Assembly: GCA_010015805.1 (NCBI GenBank)
Contig: ML978123.1
Location: 496,001 to 560,000 of the forward strand
Length of the DNA stretch: 64,000 bases
Direction of reading: 5' to 3'
DNA from: Rhizodiscina lignyota
Taxonomy: Eukaryota
Shown: piece by piece, positions 36,291-49,493 of the stretch
Numbering within the stretch: position 1 is the stretch's first letter
Layout of the letters: the number at the start of each line of letters is the position of its first letter
Made by a program: the position numbers and the translations under genes
Notes under the pieces: generated by a model
Databases searched by the model: none
The model's input: only the letters and a program-made list of their open reading frames with translations
What the model was told of the DNA's origin: nothing

Positions 36291-38976
36291 ATGGCTGGCA
36301 GGGGAGACGATGACGACTTCGACTTCGAAGGCGACGCGTTCGAAGCGCTACCCGCAAATACACTGCAAGAACTCGAGAGAGATGCCCTCATTAGCACCCA
36401 GAAGTTGCAGAAGCTGCGGACATCTACACAATTCCTCAAAGCTCCTCTTCAAAGGCTGAAGGAGGAACAATCGCCATCATTGGACTACGACTTCGACGGC
36501 GAAGATATCATCGACCTCAACACCGAGCCAATATCCATCCCGCGTGCGCAGACGCGGCCGAACAATGTACCCACTGTTTCAAAACATGGGCAAGGAATTC
36601 AGTCAAGAGGGCCGCACGTGTACAAGGAAGCCAATCCTCCATATCGACCTCCTAGACCATTGCTGAATGGAGGTCCTTCGTCTCAAGGGAATCGGCGCAC
36701 AGCTCCTCTTCAGAGTCAAGCCAGGCCTGACGTTCGCATGTCACAAGTAGAGCCGCCTCCTGCTTCATTTTCTGTCTCTCAACAGCAAAATGGCGGCCAG
36801 CAGTACGATATGGACGCGCTTATGGCGCAATTGCAAGCTGTGGGCCAAACAGCTCAGGATTTAATGTCCACGGCTAATGTCTCTGTAGTTGCAAAGCGAA
36901 AACGACGAGCTGAAAAGAACCAACAATGACAGCCAAATCGCATACCAAACCAAAGCCGGCGAGGCTGCGCTCGTCCGTCGACGACTGGAGAATTCCACCT
37001 CTGAATTTGAGAAGCGCATCCGTCAGATACAAGAAAGTCATACCGATGTTTTCAGCAAGCAGAAGGCGCAGCTCGAACTTGCCATCAGAGAGAAGAAGCA
37101 GTTGGAAGAGGACCATTGGTTTCATCAGCATGATTTGAGGCAAGCGCAGGCCACGACTGGTGCAAAACAATCTCGAGGCACACTGCGAGGCGTTGGAGAA
37201 AGGACGACCAGCATTGATCCTGGTGCGACGACTCCGAAGAAGAGCTTGCAACATCTCCCCTACAGAGATGGTTTCGACGACGGGGATATTCTTATGGCGT
37301 CGCCATCAAAGATTAAAGACAAGCAGAAGCCATCTACGCCGAAAAAGGGTGAGAAGCGGAAGCGATCAATGGAACAAAGTCCAGCGCAACCACTCCCACT
37401 GGAAGCGGCCGAACCAGTCGCGTCTCCAGCAATGGTGTCTAATGTTGCAGATGGCACACAACTACGATCTCAGGACATTCATTTATACAAGGCGGAGGAT
37501 GAGCGTTACGATCTGATGCAGAAGCTCATCAACCATCATCCATCAGATGATTCGGCCGACCTGTTCTTCGAGGCACTATCAGCACATAGCTTCCCCTCCC
37601 GTCCTTCGCAGCGTCTTTCGTCAATCATTTCTAGCCAACTGCAGCTCATTCCGCGCTCGGCATCCTTCCCACTTGAGATGATCAGAGTCATGCTTGCTGT
37701 CTGGCAGCAATGTTTGTACGAAAACTATTACGAGCCGCTTCATCTTCTTGTGGACACGACTAGTTTTCTCCTATTGCTTCAACCGTTCTCATTTGCTCCT
37801 CAGCTCACTATCGAACTTCTTCCCCTCCTAATGAATACCGTCGATACAATTGCAATTGACGTGGGGAAGGCAGCTATGAATGGCTCATACACATTGCCGC
37901 CTGGAACCGCTGCTGTGGAGGCCAAAGTCCCTACTGAAGCATGCATTGAACTACTCAATCATATGGCAGTCGCTTGTGACAGCATCCGCGCACTTTCTAT
38001 CCATGGTGGTGGGCCCAAGTCGAACGGCGGGGCATCTTTCAGCGATGCAAACCCAGTGGTGGATGAGGAGCCCCCAATCAGAGTATTCTGGCACATCATA
38101 CAATTTGATTTCACTCTTCTCGTTATTATGAAGTCACAGCCATTATCGATCATGTGCTCAATGCTCCGGATCCTCCAGACGTCCGTCCTTTCTTCATCCT
38201 TTGGAGTTATACATGGATTACCAAATGGAGATGTGGACGTTGAACGACAGCAGTCCCGCGAGAATGATCTCGTCGACCGCCTCTTGAATCTTTTGGTCGA
38301 GATTCCAAAGCCAATGAAAGGCAAACGCGAATACAACGAGCGCGACATCGCCGAGCTGCGTCTCGATGTCCTAGACGTCTTCTCCGCGATGTGCACCAGA
38401 GGGTTCTCGCCCGACACCAAACAAAGCCATGGCGGCAAACTCCTCGCAGAACACCGGTTCGCCATCGGACGACTGTTCAAGTTTCTATCCGACAGTGTAA
38501 ATCTGCTGTACAAACTCCCTCCCCAACCGGTTCCCAACATTCTCGCGACAATCCTATCCGACGACTCCTCAGTCAAAGAGCCGCAAGACAGGCAAAATTC
38601 GCCTCATGCCCTGACCTCCCGTGCCGTCAACACGACCGTACGCATCCTGCACCACCTCATCGCCACTTACACCTCGCTCATCGACTTACGTCAGAAGCTC
38701 GCAGCCGTGCATGGCGGCGTGCACAAGCACCTCATCGGACTGGCGCGTCTAGCATTCAGCGACCAGGTGCTCATGGAGGCGGGCATTGAGAATGAGGTCA
38801 CCGACGCGGCGCATGAGATGCTGGATGACTTTTTGACGTTTGAGGAGGGTGAGAGTATATTGGCGCTGTTTGGGACGCCGGCGAAGACTGCGCCTCTTGC
38901 CGAAGATGGAAATGGGGGTGGTGGAGAAGATGGAGACCATGAGATGGAAGCAGAGATGGAGGTAACGGAGTTATGA
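36291..38976 (+). CDS. DNA-damage checkpoint protein Rad26/ATRIP-like
   Basis: Acidic N-terminus (DDDDFDF), coiled coil with TKAGEAALVR, LPYRDGFDD motif and helical C-terminus. One intron near 36840-36888. Confidence 0.7.
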
Positions 38977-40489
38977 TACCCTGTGAATATGTTAGATTTG
39001 GCTTCCACTCGGAGGGGTTTGAGGCATTGCTTGAATTGCTCTAAAGCTGATGGTGTTCTTTACGAACGCGAAGTTTTGTCCTTAGAGAATGCATCCGTAA
39101 ATAAGCATGAAATTAAGACCATGTTAAAATCACATCTACCCATGTCCGTTACGTCTCGTGTGAATGTCAGAGAGTGTTATGGCCACGGTTTTCTTAACAC
39201 GATCCGTATGACGGCAGTCACAAACGTCATAACACACAGATCGTATATTATCATTCCTCCCTCTTCCATGGATTCTTCTCTCCAACCAACTCGTTCAGAG
39301 CACCGTCTGGGATTTCGTTGTTTTGTGCTCATTAGCGGATATCGCAGGCGAGTCTTCGACGATGAGAGACCTCTTGCAAAATTCAATGGGAATTCAAAAA
39401 TCCGACAGCATTTCATCAGATCCTTGTTCAGAACGAATTTATCCACATTGATTCGTTTTCCTGTAAAGTGTTTGAGATTTTGTTGCAAACACGATTAGTG
39501 TTTTCGACCAACATTTATAAACAATATACAAATTGTATTCTGTCACATACGACCATAGCTTGTGGAGAACAGGGCCTCTCGTCCGATCGACCTTACTTAA
39601 GCCACAAAGCGGGAGGCTAGTACTACGGTGGGTGACCACGTGGGAATCCCTCCTGTCGTATGTTTTTGTCTTTTTTGCCTTTCGTTTTGCCGTTTACGTG
39701 TTTGGTGATGTTCCTTTATTTTTTGAGATGTGAGGGTGCGAAATGTATGCTGTTTTGGGTCTGTGGCGCTGTGGAAAGGTGCGGAGTACGGGTTCAAATT
39801 TTTCTTGTGAGCTTGATATCAACGATGTGGTGACCTACAAACTTGAAATAGAGAGTCTACGATGAAAAGGACCTCCATTTTGATCGATGTTCAACAGCCT
39901 CAGTCGCGGCGCTGGCGAAGTCTCAGGCCTCAACGATCGACAAAGAGTTAATGTCTCTGGAAGGGCATCTAGACTGTCCTTGGCAGTGGCATTTTCATGA
40001 TATAAGGCCTGTAAGCCATTCGATCCCATTTGATTGTCTGCCTGAGGTTGCAACTTTGCATATCTACATACTCAGTACTCCAAACTTGTGTATGTTCAAA
40101 CGTCCAACCAGTCCTACCATAGGAGATAAAGAAGCACGCTTGTATACGCCCATTCTCGGCAATGTTCCGTAAGACTGTACAAAATGCAATGAAGGAGAGT
40201 TTGAAAGGCAAGGAGAGTGCGCCTATAATGCGTCGCATAGCAGTGCGATACGCTAGAGACATGAAGGCGTTCAAAGGAAATGAAAAAGCGAGATCCATAG
40301 CAAGGAGCAAGACGTCGACCCATTCCCAAATCCAAAGCCACCAATAGACAACCAACTCCAAACCAGAAAATAAGGAACGATTCCACCAGACTTCCATCTA
40401 TCATCGTTTCGTTCATCGTATCCTCATCTCGCTTCGTCGTCCCTCTCAATCTTTCCCATGGACAGATACAAATTCTTGCACTCATCTCT

Positions 40490-42748
40490 TCACATAATAA
40501 CACATCCACTTCCGCCACTCCTCGCTCTTCTTCGCCTGCCCTGCGTCCCCACACCACCAAACCCACCACCATCCTCCTCGTCCGCATGCATCATCATCGC
40601 CTCTCTCGCCCTTCGCCTCCTCCTTCTTCCGCCGGCACCACCAGCACCCGCCTCTTCGGACAACATCATCCATTCAGCCCACTTGCGCTCAAGACGCAGT
40701 GCAGCGGAGAAATCACCACGCATCACGCGCTTCGTGTGCTCATCGACTGTGGGTTGGTAATTGTAAAAGCACTTGAGAGCTAAGATCTGCGCGGGATACG
40801 TGCCTTTGGCTATAGCTTGTGGCTTGAACTGTGGCTGCGCCCGAGATGGTTGACCTTCTGCCTCAGATGTTGGAGTCCGAACTGGACAGGAAGGAAATGT
40901 GATTGCTTTGGCGGGCGGAGGTGGACGGGTGTGCTCTGCGTTTCGTGAGAGCACTTCTCGGATGCTGGTCCATGTGACATTCGCGCAATCATACGCAACT
41001 ACTCTCATTCCCACAGATGGGCGTTCACGACTGCCGGCTGTGATGCCTCTGGCGACGCGGTTCCGGTCTCGTAAATTTGCCGCACATTCGACGAGCACCA
41101 GGTCGCTCACGCGGGTGTTGTCCATGTCCAGGCTCTCAAGCCTGACTGCGTTTTTCACCAATGGTAGCATTCCTGCGTCGCCAATATTCTCACAGTAGCT
41201 GATAGAGAGGTGCTTGAGCCATGGAGCACAAGAGGAGTTTGCTAGACACGTGATTGGCTCATTTGTCAAATCTTCCAACTCTTCGAGGTCGAGGTGAGTG
41301 AGTTTCGGCATCGTAGGGAGGAGCTCGAGTAGGGGTGCGTCGGTGATTCCTGTCAATTTGGACAGTTGAAGACCTTCCATCTCTGGGACGTTGTAGGCAA
41401 GCGCCTTTAGTCCTGTGTCTGTGAGGTTGCGGCATCTTGTCAGATCCAAATGTTTCAACTTCCTTGGAGGCACGCTGGGTCTGCCTGTAAGGAAATCAAT
41501 ATCGGGCTCTGAGCCAGTGACCAGCGTTGTGAGCGCCTCGTCGCTAATGTCACTATGCATGAGAACCAATCGCTCCAGGGTGTTTCGGTTGAAGAGCTCT
41601 TCTGCCAGTGTCGTGTTCTCCCATCCGAGTACTTCCCCAGCTCTAAGGTCTCGCAGCTTTGAGCAGCCTTCGACGACTTTCAGTACGCCACGGGTGTCGA
41701 TGTTCTTGCACCACGAGATGTTGAGATACTCCACCTTGGGACAGTACTGAGCAATGATCTTCATGGCATTGTTTGTTGCACCGGGTAGACCACTAAGGTT
41801 GACATGGATCAGGCCAGAATTCTGAAGCAAGAACGTATGGATTGCCATGCGTGGAATTTCTGTCCCCTCGAGACTGAAGTTCTCCAAGTTGCGGCAGGCA
41901 TCAGCGAAGTTGTTTGTTCCCCACTGCTCCTTCAGTTGTACACATCCTCTGAGATTCAGGTCACGTACGAATGGGCCGGCAGAGTTGATGATGTTGACAA
42001 GGGCTGTCGCAGGGATGTCACGGTAGAAGTCGGATGTGTCAAGAAAGCTCCATAATTGGCCATCAAAGCACATTGCATTCCAGGACTTGGAAACGTGAGA
42101 GCAACGGACTATTTCCTTAGGGGTGAGGTAGCGGAGGACGGACATGCGGATTTCAGCAGGAAGATCGTTCCAGAAGTTGAAATTTGGACGTGGAGCCGCC
42201 TTCTTTGCCTTGCGATTGGTGGCATGATGGGGTTTGGAGAAATAGTCTTCCTCCACTTCTGATATGTTCGTGGTCGTGAGACATAGTGGTGATGATGGAC
42301 GGAGCTCTGATGGAAGAGCAACGGATGTGGGAGCTTCAAGGCCGAGTACTCGTACACGGGCTCTGTGTTCCAGCTGGGCCTCTGGGCCTGGTGTACTTGG
42401 ACCAGATGTGGGTGCAGTAGAGTATCCAGCAGAGAGTTCCGAAGAGTACGAGCTTCCGTATGAGCAATCGTATGGAGATCCAGCAGATGACAGAGAAATG
42501 CAGGAGATAGACGCCTTGCCGCCGCTTCTGTAACCAGGAGATGACCCACTCCTCGGTCTACCCAATGATGATGACGAGGAAATTCTCTTCAATCCCATGA
42601 ATAGCCTCCTTCTGCCCTTCATCCTACTCGGGTTCTCTATCGGTATGCCACCTTCCATCGGACCAACCTGTGGGCTTGTAGGGCTTGTAGGAGTGACATC
42701 ACCGGAGGGGTTGACCACGGAGTCAATTGAGACCGGTTGGGTCTCCAT
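40490..42748 (-). CDS. F-box/leucine-rich-repeat protein (FBXL2/FBXL20-like) with CAAX tail
   Basis: F-box LPAEIRMSVLRYL...VSKSW, many Cys-containing LRRs, and a C-terminal GCVIM*. Confidence 0.9.
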   Translation of the reverse strand: METQPVSIDSVVNPSGDVTPTSPTSPQVGPMEGGIPIENPSRMKGRRRLFMGLKRISSSSSLGRPRSGSSPGYRSGGKASISCISLSSAGSPYDCSYGSSYSSELSAGYSTAPTSGPSTPGPEAQLEHRARVRVLGLEAPTSVALPSELRPSSPLCLTTTNISEVEEDYFSKPHHATNRKAKKAAPRPNFNFWNDLPAEIRMSVLRYLTPKEIVRCSHVSKSWNAMCFDGQLWSFLDTSDFYRDIPATALVNIINSAGPFVRDLNLRGCVQLKEQWGTNNFADACRNLENFSLEGTEIPRMAIHTFLLQNSGLIHVNLSGLPGATNNAMKIIAQYCPKVEYLNISWCKNIDTRGVLKVVEGCSKLRDLRAGEVLGWENTTLAEELFNRNTLERLVLMHSDISDEALTTLVTGSEPDIDFLTGRPSVPPRKLKHLDLTRCRNLTDTGLKALAYNVPEMEGLQLSKLTGITDAPLLELLPTMPKLTHLDLEELEDLTNEPITCLANSSCAPWLKHLSISYCENIGDAGMLPLVKNAVRLESLDMDNTRVSDLVLVECAANLRDRNRVARGITAGSRERPSVGMRVVAYDCANVTWTSIREVLSRNAEHTRPPPPAKAITFPSCPVRTPTSEAEGQPSRAQPQFKPQAIAKGTYPAQILALKCFYNYQPTVDEHTKRVMRGDFSAALRLERKWAEWMMLSEEAGAGGAGGRRRRRRAREAMMMHADEEDGGGFGGVGTQGRRRRARSGGSGCVIM

Positions 42749-44603
42749 GGTGGGTGGTCAGAGGTCAAATCGGCTCCTCAATGCTATACAAAGGTCGATT
42801 GGGAGTGGTAGGTAGCCCGGTGTGTATGCCGTGGCCGTCGTCTCGTCTCGTATGGCTTCAGGCCCGATAGGTGTCGCTGATACGATATTTCTTCTGCCAA
42901 TCCTCCTCAACAAGCTACAAAAGGACGTAAATCCTTCTCAGCGAAGACTGCTGGGGGCAGACATAAGAGTTTGGAATCAGCAGGTCGTATGGCTCGAAAA
43001 TGTTGTCGTACCAACTCTTCGTTTGTTGGTGGGCGCGGGGAAGCCGTTGATCGACGTGGAATGCCGCTGGTTTCCTTCCGCAGCAACGTACAAATGACGA
43101 AACCGTTCGAATTGCAACACAGCACGTATACAGCAATTTCTGCAACTTGGAGATGGATTGAAAAGAGCGACAAGGAGATGGAAAAGGCTTTGCCAGAAGT
43201 CGGGCCCTCTGCGAGGTGCTGGCAAGAGAGTGACAGTCCGTGCGCGTGGAGGGGTGTGGTCAATCGATAAAGCTCGGCCGGCTGATGCGCCCACGCGACC
43301 AGGCCTCAACGCGGAGAATAGCCGTACGCGGAAGAGATTCGTTCTTTAGCCTGTCACCTGGGGGCTTTTGTCTCGCAGATGGGCATGAGGAAGAAAATGT
43401 CACGCATGCTCCAAGGGTCTCTCCATATCCAGCTCAGGGGATGCGTTTCCATCGTCGTATCCGAACACCTGGCTCACCATTTTCCCTCCCTTCCGCACAG
43501 CTGGGCACTTACTCTGCACGACTTCAGGAGAGCATGTGCAAACCCACCACTACCGCTGCAGGGTCTCCTTAGTCCTTGATGATACGTGGAATTCCTGCAC
43601 GCATTTTTGCACTGCCTCCCAGTCCAGCCAGAAAGGCTAAAGAAACCCGTCTCTCAACAATGCCGGGACGATGATAGGCGCAATGGACAGGAAGAATAAG
43701 GCCTGGAATGCCTGTAAATGCACGCCGCTAGACTGAATGGGAAGTTCGAGTGGACCTGCTCTGGCCATCCTTCGCCTCTCCATGTCTCTCCGCCGCACCG
43801 TTGCAACGTCCTGAGACACCTACTGTACATCGTCGACGACTCGAGCATGTCTTGCAGGTTGCCGGATTGAAAGCACCGAAGTATGAGAGCAGTATGGGTG
43901 CTGGTGGAGAGAACTCCGTCTACGAGCCCTAACCCTAGCCCTTGATAAGATATCGGAAACTACCTCCGCTGCGGCAAATATTCGGATTCGTCTCAACTGC
44001 TTGACTGACCTGTTCAGCGTAAGAACGACACCATCTTTAAAAATTGTAGGCCTTGGCCATTGATAACTCCAATTTACCCTCCTAGTGTCCCTTTTGAGTT
44101 ATCATAAAGACTGAAGTCTCTGTAGAATGCCGAAAGTAGAATCTTATCAGCGGCCTGAAGTGATGTATCTACGGAACCTATGCGTCCGTTCGGGGTTTCT
44201 TCGGATCCGTCCCAACTTCAGCCCAAACTCACCTCCGCATGTCGAAAGACGGCACCCCGACTGGAGTTCGTCTACTCTAAAGAGCTAGCCGAGAAGCTGT
44301 TCATAGTGAATTATTCTAAGCGTCAATGTTGTTTCCCGTCCTCCATTTATGTTGCCGAGTAGTGGAACGAGCAATCCGCTCTCTGCAATATACGAAGGAA
44401 CTAGTTGCCCACGAGCGAATAGTCTACAGAGCTGCTCTATTATATTCGCCTCTACCACCTCTAAGAAGCTTCCACATATTAGTGAGTTTGTATCTGAGGT
44501 TGTTCGAGAGTAGCTTGCTAGGTCTGCCTTAGAAGATTTGCTTCTCGCCATCGCGGAAAAGATATGCCGTTGCAGGTCTACTTTCAAGATGAACATTTGT
44601 GCC

Positions 44604-45239
44604 TCACATCATTTTCCTAATCCATTCCGCAACAACATGAAAGTCTTCCATGTCGAGGCTGTAATACTCCTCATTGAAGTCATTCTCGGCTCGGTGCGTG
44701 AACCAACGGACCGCAAGCACAGGCCCACGGATGTCATCCCTTTCAGTAACCGCCGCAACGCTCTGGTTAATCGCATATCCAGAAGCCACAGCATTTGGCT
44801 GTGTCACCCAGTAGATACTAAGAACGCCTTCCTTCCTACGGTTCATGAGCCTGTAATGTGTGGGATCCATGCGCTTGCGCATGAAGGGAGGCTCGAGCAG
44901 AGCTTGGAAAGCACGATCTCCGAAAATCTCCTTCAACACATTTGGCTTTGTCTCTGAACTATTCAAAAAGCCTTCTGGATCCTCAGATACCTCCAACCAT
45001 CTCCACACTGGCTTTGGACTCTCAACGGGAAATATAATAACCCGAGCAAAGCGTGTCGGTAAGTTTGGAAGCTCCATAATGTGAGTACAAAGGAACTGGT
45101 GCACCTTCTCCTGCTTCTTCTGGCATTCTACCGAGCAGTAGTAACTTGAGCCACATTCCGGGCAAGGTTGTGCGCCTGACTTTCCACACTCACTGCATAA
45201 CTTACTCTCCTCATTCGTGTAATCATGAATCATGCTCAT
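44604..45239 (-). CDS. MYND zinc-finger protein (copy 7, dispersed)
   Basis: CSEC...CPEC...YCSVECQKKQEKVHQFLC, RVIIFP, PVWRWL, NQSV and SLDMEDFHVV. Confidence 0.8.
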   Translation of the reverse strand: MSMIHDYTNEESKLCSECGKSGAQPCPECGSSYYCSVECQKKQEKVHQFLCTHIMELPNLPTRFARVIIFPVESPKPVWRWLEVSEDPEGFLNSSETKPNVLKEIFGDRAFQALLEPPFMRKRMDPTHYRLMNRRKEGVLSIYWVTQPNAVASGYAINQSVAAVTERDDIRGPVLAVRWFTHRAENDFNEEYYSLDMEDFHVVAEWIRKMM

Positions 45240-45582
45240 GTTGGCTACTGTCTACTTTTACGATACTAATGAAAGTTGTTAACGAAGGCCTATTTATACG
45301 TGGTGGCAAAGCTCTGGTTTGCTCTCTTCAATTGTTTGCACCATGGTCATTCGCAGTTTGTGTTCTCCCAAATCAGGCATTAGCAATTTAATTGATGTGC
45401 ATCTAGAACGAGACTGCCAATCCAGGTCTATCTCTAGACTCTAGCTAGCGGAAGCAACTCCTCTGTATCACCAGAGCAGAACCAAGCAGAAAGAAGAAGA
45501 AGCTAATCGCAATATCGTGAACTGTGTATCATCCCATCAACGCATCGTGCTTTTCTCGTCGTGCCATATCATCGTCATAGCC

Positions 45583-48500
45583 CTAAATCCCATTCTGCTT
45601 CGGCGCTAAAGGCTCCACATTCCAAATGCTCTCCGCATACTCATCAATGCAGCGGTCGCTGCTGAAGAAGCCCATGCGCGCCACGCTCGTGATGCACTTG
45701 GTGATCCACTCCTCCTGGTTCCGGTACGCCTCGTCAATCATCTCATGCGTCTTGCAGTACGATGCAAAGTCGTCGGAGACGAGGTAGTAGTCGCCGTGGT
45801 CGACGATGCCGTTGACCAGGGCAGAGAAGGCGCCGGCGTCGCCGAACATGCCGGAGCGGATGGCGTCGAAGACGTGCGAGAGCGACGGCTCGAGCTCGTA
45901 GGTGCCGTAGAGATGGGCGTGGCGGAGTTCGTCGACGTCCTCGGCGAGGTTGCCGAAGAGGAAGATGTTGTTCTCGCCGACTTCGCGGGTGATTTCGATC
46001 TATTCCATGTCAGCATTTAGAACGTTACATAGAGTTAAAGGGAAAGGAACATACGTTAGCACCGTCACAAGTGCCGATGATCAAACCACCATTCAGCACA
46101 AACTTCATGTTACTAGTACCAGACGCCTCCGTACCTGCGGTGGAGATGTGCTCCGAAATGTCGCTAGCCGGAACGATAATCTCCGCCTTGCTTACATTGT
46201 AATCCTCCAAGAAGATGACTTTGAGAAGATCACCAACATCCGGATCAGCGTTAACGATGCGTCCGACCTCACAGATCAAGTGGATCACAGTCTTCGCCAT
46301 CCAATAACCTGGTGCAGCCTTGCCACCAAAGATGTTTACACGCGGTGCAAGCTTCTTACGCTCGTCGGCACTCATAGCCTTGATGTCGAGGTAGCGCTTG
46401 ATCACACCAAAGATATTGAGCTGCTGGCGCTTGTACTCGTGTATACGCTTAACCTGGATGTCGAAGAGAGCCTTGGGATCGACGGTGACGCCGTTTGTGT
46501 CCTTGATGTACTTGGCAAGGCGGACCTTGTTGGCGTATTTGATCTCAGCAAATTCCTTGCGGAATTCCTTGTCGTCGACAAATGACTCGAGCTTGTGCAA
46601 CATGGTGAGGTCCTTCAAGAAGTCAAAGCCGCCGAGCTTGGAGGCGATCAGTTCGGACAGACGAGGATTGGCCTGGTGAAGCCAGCGGCGGGGCGTGATA
46701 CCATTGGTGACGTTCGTGAACTTATCAGGACCGTAGATCTTGACAAAGTCCTTGAAGATGGTCGTCTTGATCAGATCAGAGTGCAGCTCGGCGACACCGT
46801 TGACCTTGTGAGAGCCAATGAGGGCGAGGTAGGCCATGCGGACCATCTTGGGATTAGACTCCTCGATGATGGAGACGCGTCCGAGCATTTCGCGTTCCTT
46901 GGGGAAGGAACGCTCAACAAACTGCAGGAAGATGAGGTTGATATCGAAGATGATTTGAAGATGGCGGGGCAGGAGGTGCTGCATCAGAGGGACAGACCAC
47001 TTCTCCAACGCTTCTGGGAGCACGGTGTGGTTGGTGTAGCCGAAGGTACTCTGGGTAACTATACAGAGTCAGACACTAGACAAGTTGATTTTCGCGTTTC
47101 TAGAAACTTACTTTGCCAAGCCTCGTCCCATTCAAGACCCTCAAGATCAATAAGAATGCGCATCAGTTCGGGAATGGCAAGCGTAGGATGGGTATCATTG
47201 AGCTGAATGGCAACCTGGTTCGGGAAATCCTTCCAAGCACGCTTGGTCTTCTTGAAACGACGAACAATATCATATAACGAAGCGGCACACCAGAAGTACT
47301 GCTGCTTCAGGCGCAACTCCTTACCCCTCTCGAGGTTGTCGTTCGGGTAAAGCACGGCCGATATCGTCTCTGCACGCTGCTGGTCTGCAACAGAGCTCTC
47401 ATACTCTCCGCGGTTGAACTTTTGGAAGTCAAATTCTCCACTGGCAGCCTTGCTTCCCCACAGTCGGAGGTTGTTAGTTGTGCCGGTGGCATATCCGGGG
47501 ACTGAACTGATTAGCTAATTGATGTAAATCAGCTGAGATAGACTCACCTGGTACATCGTATGCAACAGCTTCCACAATCTCGCCACCTTCCCAAGATGTT
47601 TGCTGCTTGCCATCTTCATCCTGCCACTTGTTGACATGTCCGTAAAACTGGATGTCTACCGTAACGTCATGTCTGGGGAACTCCCAAGGATTGAAATCAA
47701 GCCAGTAGTCAGGAACCTCCATCTGATATCCATCTATGATCTCCTGCTTGAAAATACCATATCTGTATCGGAGACCGTAACCCCAGGCAGGATAGTTGAG
47801 GGAAGCGAGACTGTCAAGGAAGCAGGCAGCAAGACGACCGAGACCACCGTTACCAAGCGCAGCGTCGTGTTCCTGGCTAATGACATCTTCAATGCGGAAG
47901 CCAAGGTCGGCAAGACCCTCTAAAGATATGGTTAGAAGCAAACTTCAGAAGGGCACGTGAATGGTACATACTCGTTGCAACTTCCTTCTGCTGGACGTTC
48001 AGCATCGCGTTATCAAGGGCACGGCCCATCAAGAACTCAAGGGAAAGGTCTGCGACTGATTAGCCATATGCCATCAAATATGAACTGCATACTAACAGTA
48101 AACACGCTTCTGATCAGCAAAAGTCTGATTTTGTTGTGTAGCATTCCAATCAATGACCAGGCGGTCTCGGAAGGCCAGGGAAGTGCCCGCATATGCAGCG
48201 CTATTTCCCAATCAGCTCAATTGCAACTCAATTGGACATTCCATCACTCACAATTCATCGCAGTTGTACAGGGAGCGGGCGAGGGTGGTTTCGATGTGTG
48301 AGACTGCAGCTTTCTTTGATATGGTTAGCGTGGGATCATAGGTACGTTTGATGATACAGTAGACGAACCTCGAATTCCTCAGTCGAGGTGAAAGGCTTCG
48401 GAGCCTAATTCATGTGATTAATACGCGTCCTCTGATGGAGTGTGTTCCGGCTGGTCTTACATATTTCTTCCACCTGTCCCGCAGTTAGCTTCGGCATAAA

Positions 48501-48713
48501 GTTTGGGAGCTCTAAGGTCACTTACGCTTCACGCTGTGGCTCCGGAATGCTAGCCTCAACACTCTTGATCTCACCTGGGCCAAAGCCAGTGACTGTCCTC
48601 TTGTGCTTGGGTCTGGTAATACTCGGGCCAACTGGACCAGCAAGGTTGCCCTCGAGCGGAGCGCTCATAGAGGGTCTCCTGATGTGGCCGGGGCGTTCGG
48701 TCTCAGTCGCCAT
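45583..48713 (-). CDS. GPH1: Glycogen phosphorylase
   Basis: [41 protein letters not shown] and the PLP-site motif [10 protein letters not shown]. Multi-exon. Confidence 0.97.
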
Positions 48714-49493
48714 TGTTGCTCCAAAGCTTAAACTCAAGCTGAACAGTTGGCAGGAGAGCTCAATCAGACTTGTTAGATACTTGGGAATCAAGTAGAAGGA
48801 GAAGAGGGAGCTGGCAAAGCAGAAGCGAAAAGGAGGTGAAGGGAGGATTGCCCTGGATCAGAGCTACAGCTGGAGTTCCCCGCCCGCCTCAACGCTTTCT
48901 GCAGTGAGCGCAAAGCCCCGGGGCTGGGATCAGGCGTTCGATATGCACGCTACTGCGGTTATGACGTCGTTTGGTGTCAATGTCGGGCTTACGAGTGCGT
49001 TTAGAAAGACCGGATGACCTGTTTATGCTCGTCTAACACCACCCAAGCCGCTCAATTGGAGCCGCAGCTCCTTTCCTTTTGCTGGAACACGATGGAGCTT
49101 TGGCCATGAGGGGCTCCGCATTGCGGTGCTTATAATGTCGGTATAAATGCCATATCAACGTAGTTGACAGACTTTTCGCCAAGTCCTCTGCTCCACTCAA
49201 TCGCATAATTTTAGCACGGCTGGTGCATTATAAGTCTCTACTTAAAGTTAGCGAAACCTTACAAAGAATATTTCCAACCACCCACATCAGAGTGGCTTAA
49301 TCCCGGACGCCACTATTTCTCGAGTCTCAGGTGATAGAGTCGGCAGTTTAACATGTACCTCATTTTCACGTGGCATCTCCAATGGTAAGCTACAGGGGTA
49401 CAAGCTTATCACTCTATTTCCGCCTCAAGAGGTTGTCTGCGTCCCTTTATTCATCAAAGTTGGATGGTTACACATCTATCTCAATGTACAGTC

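Noticed and set aside
43927..43942. ccctaaccctagccct telomere-like hexamers
   Set aside because: Fewer than three imperfect units, which could arise by chance.
45745..47206. Long + strand ORFs opposite glycogen phosphorylase
   Set aside because: Antisense shadows produced by strong codon bias in the real gene.
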